From Mobula hypostoma (lineage: Eukaryota): a stretch of 64,000 bases of DNA. The stretch covers positions 56,794,001 to 56,858,000 of the forward strand of contig NC_086108.1 in assembly GCF_963921235.1 (NCBI RefSeq), given 5' to 3'. The translations under genes were made by a program, and so were the position numbers. Numbering within the stretch: position 1 is the first letter of the stretch; each line of letters starts with the position of its first letter. Shown in pieces: positions 12,041 through 23,546 of the stretch. The notes under the pieces are model-generated. The model did not search any database. It saw nothing but the letters and a program-made list of their open reading frames with translations, and was not told the DNA's origin.

Positions 12041-12056
12041 ACAGCACTATATCCCT

Positions 12057-12480
12057 GGATTAGATTAGACTCAACTATATTGTCATTGTGCCGAGTACAG
12101 ATGGAAAGCCAATGAAATGCAGTTAGCATCTGACCAGAAATGCAAAGAATAGTGTTATTTACAAAATAACTGTGAATAAAAAGTAAGTGCTACAGCACAC
12201 AAATATAAAAGTACTGAGACAGTACAATATGGGTGCAATACTGATTAGCACTGTGATGTGAGGTTCAGCAGGGTCACAGCCTCAGGGAAGAAGCTCTTCC
12301 TGAGCCTGCTGGTGCGGGAGCGGAGGCTCCTGTAGCGCCTACCGGATGGGAGGAGAGTAAAAAGTCCATGGTTAGGGTGAGATGCATCCTTGATAATGCT
12401 TTTCACCCTGCCCAGGCAGCGCGTATGGTAGATGTTCTCAATGGTGGGCAATTGGGTGCCGATAATCTGTTGGGCAGTGG
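12057..12480 (-). mobile_element. Rex1/Babar LINE 3' fragment
   Basis: ORF IIKDASHPNHGLFTLLPSGRRYRSLRSRTSRLRKSFFPEAV, with a (TCTAA)n tail. Confidence 0.85.
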
Positions 12481-12850
12481 GATACTAGTTCAAAGACGTA
12501 ATTTATCTTGACATCCTTCCCTTGAAGGGGGATGACCTGCAAGCTCTACAGCAGGGAAAGGGGCAACAGTGGATGTGACTATCCCACGGGATATTCAGAC
12601 AGGTGTAGAACATGAGACATACTGCTACAGTGATGGCACTAAAAGAAGTCAATCTCTGAGCTAATTTCATTGATAAAGTTGCTGTCAGGCATTCTTATTG
12701 AATGTTCAATACGCATTTATTTCATAGTTTGCTTTCTAGGCCTTTATGTGTTATACCACATATAAAAAGCTTAGTGATGCTTGTAGTTTTATATACAGTA
12801 TTGGTATCATTGCAGTAACTATGGCTTCAATCTATTTGTTTTGTTCTCAG

Positions 12851-12993
12851 TGAAACCCAATCCTCCCAATATCAGTCGGATAGAATGTAGCAACGGTACT
12901 CTCTTCATTTGCACCGTATACTGGGAAGATGGGCAGAATGCAAAGTTGTTTGAAATCCAGTACAAAATTGCAAACAGCAGCAAAGAGGAAAAG
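12851..12993 (+). CDS. IL12RB2: IL12RB2-like exon D (cytokine-binding domain 2, start)
   Basis: ttctcag/gtaaca boundaries, 143 nt. Encodes KPNPPNISRIECSNGTLFICTVYWEDGQNAKLFEIQYKIANSSKEEK. Confidence 0.9.
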
Positions 12994-13439
12994 GTAACAT
13001 TTAACTTTGTTTGCTCCACCTCCAGTATTTTTATTTGATAGCTTACTACAGTTTTATTTTATGAAATGTATTTTTTTCATCAGTATTTCACAGGACAGAT
13101 TTTCATGTTTTCAGTGCTCCGCTGGCGTTTCTATGCGTTTGGATGAAGTGGTACATTTTTCTCCCCCTTCCTATCATTTTCACTCCCACTGAGGCCATTC
13201 ACATATAAAATGGCTGATGGATCAATCAAAATTTTGAAGAAACAAATAGAGATATTTTGAGGAACTTGTGCATTCCTTAGTTTGTAGCACTTTGGAAGTC
13301 TTTTATACAAGATTTTATTTTAACGTGTTGCAACATAAATTTGTTACTTGCCTTTTTAGATTTGCTATAGATTGCCAATTCCTCTCCTCGTCTTTCTCCA
13401 GGCATGGCCCTGTAGCCATAAACTGTTGCTTGCATCCCT

Positions 13440-13765
13440 CACATGCGGAGAGGATGTTTCCTGTGTTGGGGAAGTCTAGGACCAGAGGGCACAGCCTCAG
13501 AATAGAAAGATATCCTTTTAGAACAGAGTTGAGGGGGAATTTCTTTAGCAGAGGGTGTTGAATCTGTGGAATTCATTGCCACTAGCTGCTGTGGAGGCTA
13601 ACTCATTGGATATATTTAAAGCGGAGATTGAGAGATTCTTGAGTAGTAAGGGCGAAGGCAGAAGAATGAGTTGAGAGAGAAAGTAAATCAGCCACGTTTG
13701 AATGGTGGAGCAGACCGATGAGTCAGTTAGCCTAATTCTATACCTATGTCTAATGCTGATTCTGA
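13440..13765 (+). mobile_element. CR1 3' fragment
   Basis: AERMFPVLGKSRTRGHSLRI...FRTELRGNFF followed by a CR1 3' UTR. Confidence 0.8.
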
Positions 13766-14189
13766 TACATACACATGCAGTCTCCTGGTTGGCATATCTG
13801 GGTGCTCATCTGATCTCTCTTCCAACCGCTTCTGGCTTGGGTAATGCCATTATCTACAGTCTCTGCTCTATGCCTTTAGTCACTCCCATTTATTCTGGTA
13901 GATGATAGCAACTAGCAGGTTTTTCAAGTAAATAACAATTTCTACTCAAATAACAGTCCCTTGTGTGCATCAACCATTTTAGACATACCACCATGCTCCT
14001 ACAGTTAAATCTTCACCACCTGCATGATGGAAATAGTAAGACTCAGGTACAAGCTTTTGAGGACTGAAGTAAAACTTAAGCCATCAAGAAGTTTCTGTAC
14101 TTGTACTTTGGCAGATCTACTGACATTAATGAGATTAGTGAAATCCCAGAACCAGTGCACTGAAGCCTAAGTTTCCACTGAGTGGATTA

Positions 14190-15000
14190 AATTGGTTTAT
14201 TACTGTCAGGCGTACCAAGGTTCTGTGAAAAACTTCTCTGCATACTGTTTGTTTCATTGAGGCAGTACAAGGCAAAACAATCACAGTGCTGAATATAGCA
14301 TTACAGTTATAATGGAAGTGCAGTGCAGGTAGACAATAAGGTGCAAGGTTATAATGAGGTAGATTATGAGGTTAGGAATCCATTTTATCATACTAGGGAA
14401 CTGTTCAGTAGTTTTATAAGGGCAGGATAGAAGCTGTCCTTGAGCCTGGTGATAGCTGCTTTCGTGGTTTTGTTCAGCCCAGTGGGAGAGAGAGTATCTG
14501 GGCTGGATGGGTTCTTTGATTAAGTTGGCAATTTTACTGAGGCAATGAAAAGTGTACACAGAGTCCATGGAGGGGAACCTGGTTTCCATGATCTACTCAG
14601 CTGTGTCCACAACCCTCAGCAGTTTCTTGCATTAATGGGCAGAACAATTACATAGTAAGTTATGATGTATCTGGATAAGATGCTTTCTATGGTGCATTGT
14701 TAAAAACTGGTGAGAGTTAATGGTGACACGCTGGATTCTTTTTAATCTCCTGAGGAAGTAGAGGGACTGGTGAGCTTGCTTGACCATGGTGTCAACATAG
14801 TAGGACCAGGACCGGCTAACGTTGATGTTCACACATAAGAGCTTGAAGATTTCAACCTTCTCAAACTCAGGACCGTTGATGTAAACATGAGCGTGCGCAC
14901 TGCTCCTCTTTCTGAAGTCAACCATTAGCTCTTTTGTTTTGCTAACATCAACTGAAAGGATGTTATCATAACATCATGTCACAAGGCTCTCTACTACCTC
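14190..15000 (-). mobile_element. Degraded Rex1/Babar fragment
   Basis: VDFRKR...FKLL...QSLYFLRRLK peptide. Boundaries approximate. Confidence 0.75.
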
Positions 15001-15459
15001 ATTTGGCTGAGAAGGCACGAGCGATTCTAATCTTGGGCAAATGTTAATGCATTGGGCTGAGAGCACCTCTGTTTGATAATTGATTTAACTTTCAGCCTTG
15101 ATATTCAGTGGCGTGATGGGTAAAGCTTACCATTCATTGTAGTGGGAATTTTCTGTTTGTGTATAACATAGGACCTCAGTTTGCATTATTAAAAGCTTAT
15201 TGCTTATCAAAGGCTGACACTGGGGTTAGCTGAGTAAAAGCTCACTCCAGTAAGCCATTGCCCACTGTTTTTGGTATCGTACTGCTTCCTCCTCCATTGG
15301 CAAGGGACTTCAGAATTCCCCATCAGTTTTAAGCAAGTAGACTGAATTGTGAGGCACACCAAAGTTGTTGTACCTGTCACAGCAGATAGATGAGGCCTGA
15401 GAGATCATGGTGAATTTAACCTTCCACCCACATTAGAGTATACTCTGGTTTGATTTCAG

Positions 15460-15607
15460 AAAATTGTGGACAATTTGACAAGCTGCACGGTGTCTGGTTT
15501 GGAGCATTATATGGATTACACGTTCCTGATTCGTTCTAAGTTTCATCGTACCCGAGGCCTGTGGAGTAACTGGAGTTCTTCATTTGTCACCAAGACTCCG
15601 GAGGCAG
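15460..15607 (+). CDS. IL12RB2: IL12RB2-like exon E with WSXWS motif
   Basis: atttcag/gtacag boundaries. Encodes KIVDNLTSCTVSGLEHYMDYTFLIRSKFHRTRGLWSNWSSSFVTKTPEA, with WSNWS at 15562-15576. Not in the ORF track; translated by hand. Confidence 0.92.
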
Positions 15608-16411
15608 GTACAGTATGCCCCTAGTATTGTGTTGTTTGCATGTATCATGAAGCCATTTCAAACTTTTAACTTTTAAGGATGTAAAAGAAAATGGAACACA
15701 AAAATACAGTAGTCTAGTTTTGATATTTTGAGTAAGCAACGTGATACAAATGCTTACAGAGTATGAAGATTCCTCAGCTTTGATACTTGATTTCCGTTGA
15801 ATTAATACCATCTGAAGCACTGGTGAGAAGTGGCCATCTTAGTCACCACCCTGTAACCCTAACTACAGAGTGTAGGCAGGACACCAGGCCAGAAGGCATT
15901 CATGTTCAACTTATCTGCCAACATATACAGGAAGTCAGACAACATCTGCGGCAAGGAAAAACATCTGTGCAGATAGCATCTGTGGCAAGAGAGAACAGTT
16001 AATTTTGGTTTAAAAAAACCTTCATTAGAACTTCATGTGTTCAATCTGCTGAGTGTTTCTAGCATCCAGTGTTTTCGTTTCAGATTTGCAGTCTCTTTTT
16101 CTTTTGATTTTCAATTTACTTATATAAAATCAACTACAGTAATCTGGCATCCACTGGACATCGGTGGTGCCAGTCTGGCAGATGTTTCTGATATAGAACA
16201 TAGAAATCTACAGTACATTACAGGCCCTTCGGCCTACAATGTTGTGTCAACCATGTAACCTACTCAAGAAACTGCCTAGAATTTCTCTACTGCCTAATCC
16301 TCTATTTTTCTAAGCTCCATGTGCCTATCTAAGCCTCTTAAAGACGCTATTGTATCCGTGACTATTAGTTATTCCTCTTATCAGTACTGTAATTACTCTT
16401 ATAAAACTTTT

Positions 16412-17178
16412 TTGAACAAGATGGTGCCTGTGTACAGCGCTCCTTCAGTCGATATCTCCTGGATAGATCATGAAACCATATCTTTCACTCCTTTTGTGTC
16501 TTTTACGTTCGTTTTACATCTTGGATGTGATTCTGGAATGCGGGAGCCTGTGATTTGCAGTTTGGAGATCATTTGGGTGTTCCAGTGCTCTGCAGTCTCC
16601 GAGAGGAGTCCTGGACACAGAGGCAGCATGCAGGAACCTCATGGTGGGCAGGCTGTGAGCCAGTGCTCAACTTCATCTCGCCCATTAACTCTTCCCTTCA
16701 TTCCTGATTAAAGTGATGAGGGAGACTGAAGCATCGAGGTGAGTGCGGAGGGGGAGCACTGGCTGCCTGTCTTTTGATAACTCTGCCACGGAGGAGGAAA
16801 GGTCTGCTGCTGGGCCCAGAGAGTGTTCCCCAGATTTTCTGCATTTTGGACGTGGACTTGGACTATAGACTTTTTCTCATTCTTATAGTCTTTTATATTC
16901 TATGTTTTTTAGCCCTATTTTTTCCTGTTTTTTTTTGTGCGGGTGAGCAATTTGAGAGTTGATGTGTCTGTTCCGTTTTGTTCCGTGTTTTTGTGGGAGG
17001 AGGGATTTGGGGGTCAATGTGCCTGTTCCATTTTTGTTCACTTTTTGTGTGGGGAGGGGGGATTTTGGGGGTTGGTGATCGTGCTGCCTTCCTTTCTTTC
17101 TTCATTTCATGGCTACCCGGAGAAGAAGAATTTCAAGTTGTATACTTTGATCATAAATGAACCTTTGGATCTTTGAAC
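16412..17178 (+). mobile_element. Probable non-autonomous LINE-derived element with internal ~55-60 bp tandem repeats
   Basis: Starts AAGATGG, ends ataaatgaacctttggatctttgaac (Rex/Babar-like tail). About three GT-rich imperfect units at 16918-17076. Confidence 0.45.
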
Positions 17179-18459
17179 TAAAACTCACTTTTTTAATTGT
17201 TTGGTTCTAGTGTACGTTCCGGCCAGGCTTGTTATGGTCATCATCATCTGCCATTGTCTTCTGAGGCAGACAGATGCCAACCTGAGGTGTAATATAATTT
17301 CGACTGAACCTGGTAGTTTCAATGGAATGTGGAGAACAGCACTCCAGTGAATTTATAAGGAGCATTGAAGTTAATACCCTAAAATCCTAGAGGGTGTTTT
17401 TTGCTCAGCAGTGCTAGCCAGTTGCTTCTGTGTAGATAAACTCATTCTTAATTCACACCTTGCCTCCTGACTCAAAAGGCTACAAAGCCAACTGCTAACA
17501 TCAGTACTTTCTTTGTGAGGCATGGAGGAATGATTTGACCAAAGGTGTGAAATGCATTGAAATAATTGCTTTCATTATTAAGTCTTTTCACTTGGTGCCA
17601 GAGTAATAGATGTCTGAATTCCGTTTGTGCAAACCCACTTAACGTCATCATTTTTTAAATTATTGTTGTGAGAGTCAGTTATGTGTACTTCAGGGAAGTG
17701 TGAATTCAGTACAGGGAGGAATGAAAGCGTTTAATTTTTCTTTTCAGTATTTTTAGTATTTGGTGTAAGCTTGAAGTGAGTATTGAAATTTTGTTCAGTT
17801 AGAGCTCGAACAAGTTTAATCATTAAAACAAAATCTTAAGCAAGCAAAATATTAATTACCGATAAATAAATATAAAATTGAAATCTGGTAGGTAAACATA
17901 TTTTTCCAAGAGTTGTGGGATTTTCTGCTGTTCAGGGATTATCAACTCCTGGACTTGGTTTATTACTGCCTCTGTTTCTGAGAAATTAACCAGATAAACC
18001 AATTAAGTTAATTTACTTTTTTTAAGATAAAGTAAATTAATTAATTGGATGGCATTTAAATATATCAGTCAAGGTTGTGTGCCACATGTAGCATGGGTAG
18101 CAATCCTGAGATCACATTCTTGGGGTCCTGCCCTTTAATTTAACACCTAACTCCCTTTGCAGAACCTCGTCACAGAGATCGATGTAATGGATAAACCTTG
18201 AATGAAGATTGCTTAACAGGATTTATGTTTCAATGTTGGCCAACTCTGCAACAATCCTGAAAGGCTAGTTATGTGATATTATTGAATTTGAGGTCAAGCC
18301 CTGACATGATGTCCTAATCTCTCTGTCCTTACAGCTGTTCTATAGCTTTCAGATAATATTACAGTTTGTTATTCCTTCCAAAATGTGGATTTTGAATTTC
18401 TAGAACCTGCTCCATCATGACCATTTAACTTCAGTAGCTTCTTTGCTTTCCTTGCACAG

Positions 18460-18539
18460 CACCTATTGGACATCTGGATGCCTGGTACACCATAGACTCA
18501 TCCGATCCAAACAACCCAAAAGCCACTCTCTTGTGGAAG
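18460..18539 (+). CDS. IL12RB2: IL12RB2-like exon F (first membrane-proximal FNIII, start)
   Basis: Polypyrimidine tract plus cacag, donor gtaaga, 80 nt. Encodes APIGHLDAWYTIDSSDPNNPKATLLWK. Confidence 0.88.
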
Positions 18540-18559
18540 GTAAGAGACTTTAGCTACTA

Positions 18560-19120
18560 CACTCACTGGCCACGTTGTCATGTGCCTCCTGTACCTAATA
18601 ATGATGTGTCCACTGAGTGTATGTCTGTGATCTGCTGCTTCAGCCACCTCACTTCAGGTTCGACATGTTGTGCATATAGAAATCCTCCTGCACACCATTG
18701 TTGTGACGCATGGTTATTTGAGTTACTGTCACCATCCTGTCAGTTTGAACCAATCTGGCAATTCTCCCCTAACCTCTCTCACTAACAAGCCATTTTCATC
18801 CACAGAACTTCCACTCACTGGATTTTTTTTGTATATTTCACACCATTCACTGTAAACTCTAGAGACTGTGAGGTGTAAAAATCTCAGGAGATCAGCAGTT
18901 TCTGAGATACTTAAACCACCCCGTCTGGCACAAGCAATCATCCCATGGTCCAAATCTCTTAGATCACATTTCTTTTCCACATTCTGATGTTTGGTCAGAA
19001 CAACAATTGAACCTCTCGACCATGTCTGCATGCTTTTATGCATTGAGTTGCTGCCACATGATCGGCTGATTAGATAGTTGCATTAACAAGCCGGTGTACC
19101 TAATAAAATGGCCTCTGATT
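18560..19120 (-). mobile_element. Non-autonomous Tc1-like DNA transposon
   Basis: TA|CACTCACTGGCCAC left end and a degenerate inverted right end. Minus-strand paired-HTH relic DLRDLDHGMIACARRGGLSISETADLL...TVSRVYSEW. Confidence 0.82.
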
Positions 19121-20527
19121 TAGGTCACTGATGAGGAAGCACTCAAGCTGAGGTGATTATCCCCGCTAATGATTACCCTCACTGTAGTTCTGCTACTCTT
19201 TCTATGTCCTCCATAGGCAATGGCATCACATCAAAGTCACAAAGCCTACTGCAGTTCAGTTCCGCTCTCTTTTGTTGAATGCCACAGAGGCGTTCTTCAG
19301 ATAAAAATGCTGAAAATGCTAGCAGGTCAGCAAGTTAAACGGAGTTGAAATCTCAGGTCTAAATTTGTTCTGTTTACAGTTACACAAGCAGTGGAAAGCT
19401 ATGCATTTTCACAAGTTTATGCTGAAGAACAATAAAATGCTGATGAGCTGGAAAGGGTTGTCAGCGAAAGCCACAGAACCATGGTTGAAGTCAATCCTAT
19501 ATCTTTCATATTTACTGTGTGAAATTAATCTGCAGTACGTTCTATAACAACTGTTTTCAAAACTGACAAAACTCATAGGTGCTTCATCCGTTTAGAAATA
19601 TTTTGAGATACCCAGGGATGGTAAAAATTGATCTGTCATTCAAGAATAAGCCTCATTATTCCTTCAGGAACTTCCTTGAGGCTTCTTGTCTGCGTCTGGC
19701 TGCTTTGAGTGGAGTACAGGCTGCATTTCCTGTCACTCATCCTCTGTAGGAAGTGCCCTACCACCAGTTGCCCAGACAGAGCTCTTTCTATTTGCCCTTC
19801 CTGTAGCATCAGCAGATTGAATGATGCCAATGGAAGGAAGCCTCAGTTTCCTGGCAGATTTCCCCTGGGAATCCTTCACTCCTCTTCCACTGACATTACT
19901 GAGGTATAATTGGTTGCTCAGACAATGCAAATTTGCCTTTGAATTTTACCTTATTCTACATTAAACAACCTGAAAAAGTGCTTTGTCCAGTGGCCGATGT
20001 GAACATTGGAAGTTTTGAGAGGAGGGGATTTGCCCATTTACAAAAGGCAGCAGTGGGTCACTACAGTGAAAATGAGCTTTGGCCAATGACCAATCAGTGT
20101 TTAGGATTGATTAGCAAGAGCAATTCAAAGAAAGATAGGGGCAAGCGCAGCGGCCGTCGACTGAGTGGACAGGGACCAAGTGGTGATCTTGAGGCTTCAG
20201 CTCTTCAAGGCTTCCACGAGCAGAGACGTCAGTCAGAGAAAGCAAAAGAAAAGAAAAGCTCTAGGTTAAGTTTTTTCCCCCCTGTTTATATCTTCTCAGC
20301 TAGGACAGTAGAGATGCCAGGCAGCTTGGTTGAATGCTCCACTTACGGGACGTGGAAAAAGTAGGGAGACGTCCAGTGTCCCTGACAACTACCGCTGTGT
20401 GAGGTGCATCCAGTTGCAGCATTTAACAATCCACGTTGAGGGGTTGGAGCTGGAACTGGATGAACTCTGGATCATTTGGGAGGCTGGGGGGTTGGGGAGG
20501 TGATAGATAGGACATACAGAGCAGTAG

Positions 20528-21794
20528 AAGAAGAATATCTTTATTGTCATTGTTGTGGAGCAATGAAACACAGTTTAGCAGCTCAACGTTTTGCAGCATG
20601 ACAAAGAATATATACATAAAATAAACTCTAAAACCTCAGGAGTGCCGTCCAAAATTAATAATATATGGATGGGGGGGTAGGACTATTGCACACCTGCCAT
20701 TCCTGGAAGTGTGATGCATTTAGCTGCTGCTGTCTTAGGAGGGGGTCAGGAGAAGGGAAGGGGGTGTTATACATTCCACTGCTTGTGGGTAGAAGCTGTT
20801 AAGGAGTCTCTTTGTTTTCGTCCTTAATGCTCTGTATCTCTTCCCAGAAGGTAGAGGGGAAAACAGGTGATGTCCAGGATGAGTGGGATCCTTCGAAATA
20901 CAAGTAGCCTTCTTTTGAAGTCTGCCAGTATAAGTGTCTCTGAGGGAGGGTAATGAACCCGCTGCAAGTCCTTCCTGTTCTGTTCTGTGCAGCTGGCAAA
21001 CCGCACTGCACAGCAATACGTCAGGAGGCTCTCTATAGTTGTCTGATAGAAGTTGATCAGCAGGTGATGAGGGAAGAGAGCGTGCTTTAGCTTCCTTAGG
21101 AAGTAGAGCCTCTGTTGGGCCTTCCCCACCTGATAAGAGATATGGGCAGTCCAGGTGAGGTCAGCCGAGATGTGGACGCTGAGGAACTTGAAACTCTCTA
21201 CTCTCTCCACCTCTTTCCCGTATATGTGCAGAGCAGAGTGCTCGACGCGCTTTGATTTCCTGAAGTCTACTATCAGCTCCTTGGTTTTTGTGATGTTCAA
21301 GTCCAGGTTATTATGACAACACCATTCTGTCAAATGCTGTACCTCCTCCCTATAGGCTGTCTCATCACAGTCTGATATGATACCTATTAGGGTGGTATCA
21401 TCTGCAAATTTGACAATGGTGTTGGTGGAGTGAATGGTAGAGCAATCATGGGTGAAAAGAGAATAGAGGATGGGGCTGAGAACACACCCCTGTGGTGTAC
21501 CGGTGTTCAGGATGAGAGTAGATGATGTGTGTTCTCCCATCCTGACACTTTGGGGTCTGTTACTCAGAAAATCTAGTATCCGTGAGCACAGTGAACTGCC
21601 AAGGCCCAGGTTGCTCAATTTCTGCACCAGTTTGTAGGGGATGACTGTATTAAAAGCTGAGCTGTAGTCCACAAACAGCATTCTTACATAGGTGTTATCC
21701 TGATCCAGGTTTGTAAGGGCTGTGTGGAGAGCTGTGATGACTGCATCCTCTGTCGATCTGTTTGCTCGATACGCAAACTGGTATTTATCAAGGT
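20528..21794 (-). mobile_element. Rex1/Babar LINE (5'-truncated, RT) inserted in CR1 ORF1
   Basis: [37 protein letters not shown] at 20522-20527 and 21795-21800. Confidence 0.92.
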
Positions 21795-23123
21795 CAGTAG
21801 TTACCCACAAGGTGCAGGTCACAGGAAACTGGGTGACAGTCAGGAAGGGGAAAGGGGTTAAGGAGCCAGTACAGAGTACCCCTGTGGCCAGCCCCCTCAA
21901 CAACAGGTATATCACTTTGGATACAGTTGGGGGTGGCCAAACAGAGGAAAGTCACAGTGAGCGGTCTCTAGCACTGAGTCTGCCTCCGAAACTCAGAATG
22001 GAAAGGCGGAGAAGAGGCATAGGGGATTCGTTAGTTTGGGGAACAGACAGGAGGTTCTGTGGGCGAGAACGAAATTCCCAGATAGTATGTTGCCTCCCGG
22101 GTGCCAGGGTCTGGGATATCTCAGTTCAAATCCTGAGCATTCTTAAGTGGGAGGTGAACAGCCAGAGGTCATTGTCCATGTGTGTACCAACGACATGGGT
22201 AGGACAAATGATGAGCTTCTGCATAGGGAATTCAGGGAGTTAGATGTTAAGTTAAAGGCAGGACCCCCAGGGATGTGATCTCAGGATTTTTACCCGTGCC
22301 ACATGCTAGTGAGGCCAGAACTAGGAAAATTATACAGTTTAATATGTGGCTAAGGAGTTGGTGTCGGAGGGAGGGCATAAGATTTTTGAATCCTTAGATT
22401 TTCTTCCGGAGAAAGTGGGACCTATACAGAAGGGACGGTTTACACTGGAACTGGAGGGGGACTAATATTCTCGTGGAAAGGTTGGTTAATGCTGCACGGT
22501 GGGGTCAAACTAGAGTTACAGGGGGATGGGAACCAGAATGCCAGAACAGATAGTGGAGAGGTTGTGGAGGCAGATGTTGGTAAGACTTCAGACAATGTCA
22601 AGAATCAAAAGGCTGAACATGGTGCAGCTAGTGTCCTGAGCTGCGTGTTTTTTCAATGCATGAGTTATTGTAGGAAAGATAGTCGATAGTGCTGAAGATG
22701 AGGTAACTGGTTTACAAGCAGAGGCAATGTGTAGTGAGGAGAGGCTGTTGATAGGGCAAAGTTGCAGTCAACAGGATTAGTTGCAATGTAAAGGGGCAGA
22801 CAAAATCAAAAAGGATGAATACAGGACTGAAGTTGTTATATTTAAATGATTGCAGTATATGGAATGAGATAGATGAACTTGCAGCACAGTTGCAGATCGG
22901 CAAGTATGATGTTGTAAGCATCACTGAATCATGGCTGAAAGAAGATTATAGCTGGGAGTGTAATGTCCAAGGGTACACATTGTATTGAGAGGACAGGCAG
23001 GAAGGCAGAGGGGACGGCATTGGTCTGTTGGGAAAAATTGAAATCGAATCATTAGAAAGAAGTGATATAGGGTCAGAAGATGTTGAATCATTGTGACTAG
23101 AGCTAAGGAACTGCAAGAATAAA

Positions 23124-23546
23124 ATTTGAATTGAATTGACTTTATTTCTTACATCCTTCACATACATGAGGAGTAAAATTCTTAATGTTGCGTCTCTGTC
23201 TAAATGTGCAATGTGCAATCATAGTAATTTATAATAATTTATAATAAATAGAACAGTCAATATAACATAGAAATACACTCAAATCAGCATAAGTTAATCA
23301 GTCTGATGGCCTGGTGGAAGAAGCTGTCCTGGAACCTATTGGTCCTGGCTTTAATGCTGCGGTACCGTTTCCCAGATGGTAGCAGCTGGAGTAGACCGTG
23401 GTTGGGGTGACTCAGTTGTCCAATGAACCTTCCGGCCCTTCTTTCACATCTGTCTTTGTAAATGTCCTGAATAGTGGGAAGTTAACAACTACAGATGCGC
23501 TGGGCTGTCCGCACCACTCTGCAGAATCCTGCGATTAAGGGAGGTC
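23124..23546 (-). mobile_element. Rex1/Babar 3' fragment inserted in CR1 endonuclease region
   Basis: (TCAAT)n tail and Rex-like 3' coding relic. CR1 sequence resumes at aaaaagaccttgatggg. Confidence 0.8.

Noticed and set aside
16918..17076. Repeat-spacer-like array
   Set aside because: About three imperfect GT-rich tandem units inside a retroposon, in eukaryotic DNA with no CRISPR features.
19668..19903. Possible extra exon (ccttcag ... gag/gtataa) in the long intron
   Set aside because: Stops in all three frames, and exons F and G already join in frame with a complete FNIII domain.
20824..21915. 363-aa RT ORF with an unusual N-terminus
   Set aside because: Chance fusion of antisense CR1 ORF1 sequence to a 5'-truncated Rex1 RT across the TSD at 21795-21800.
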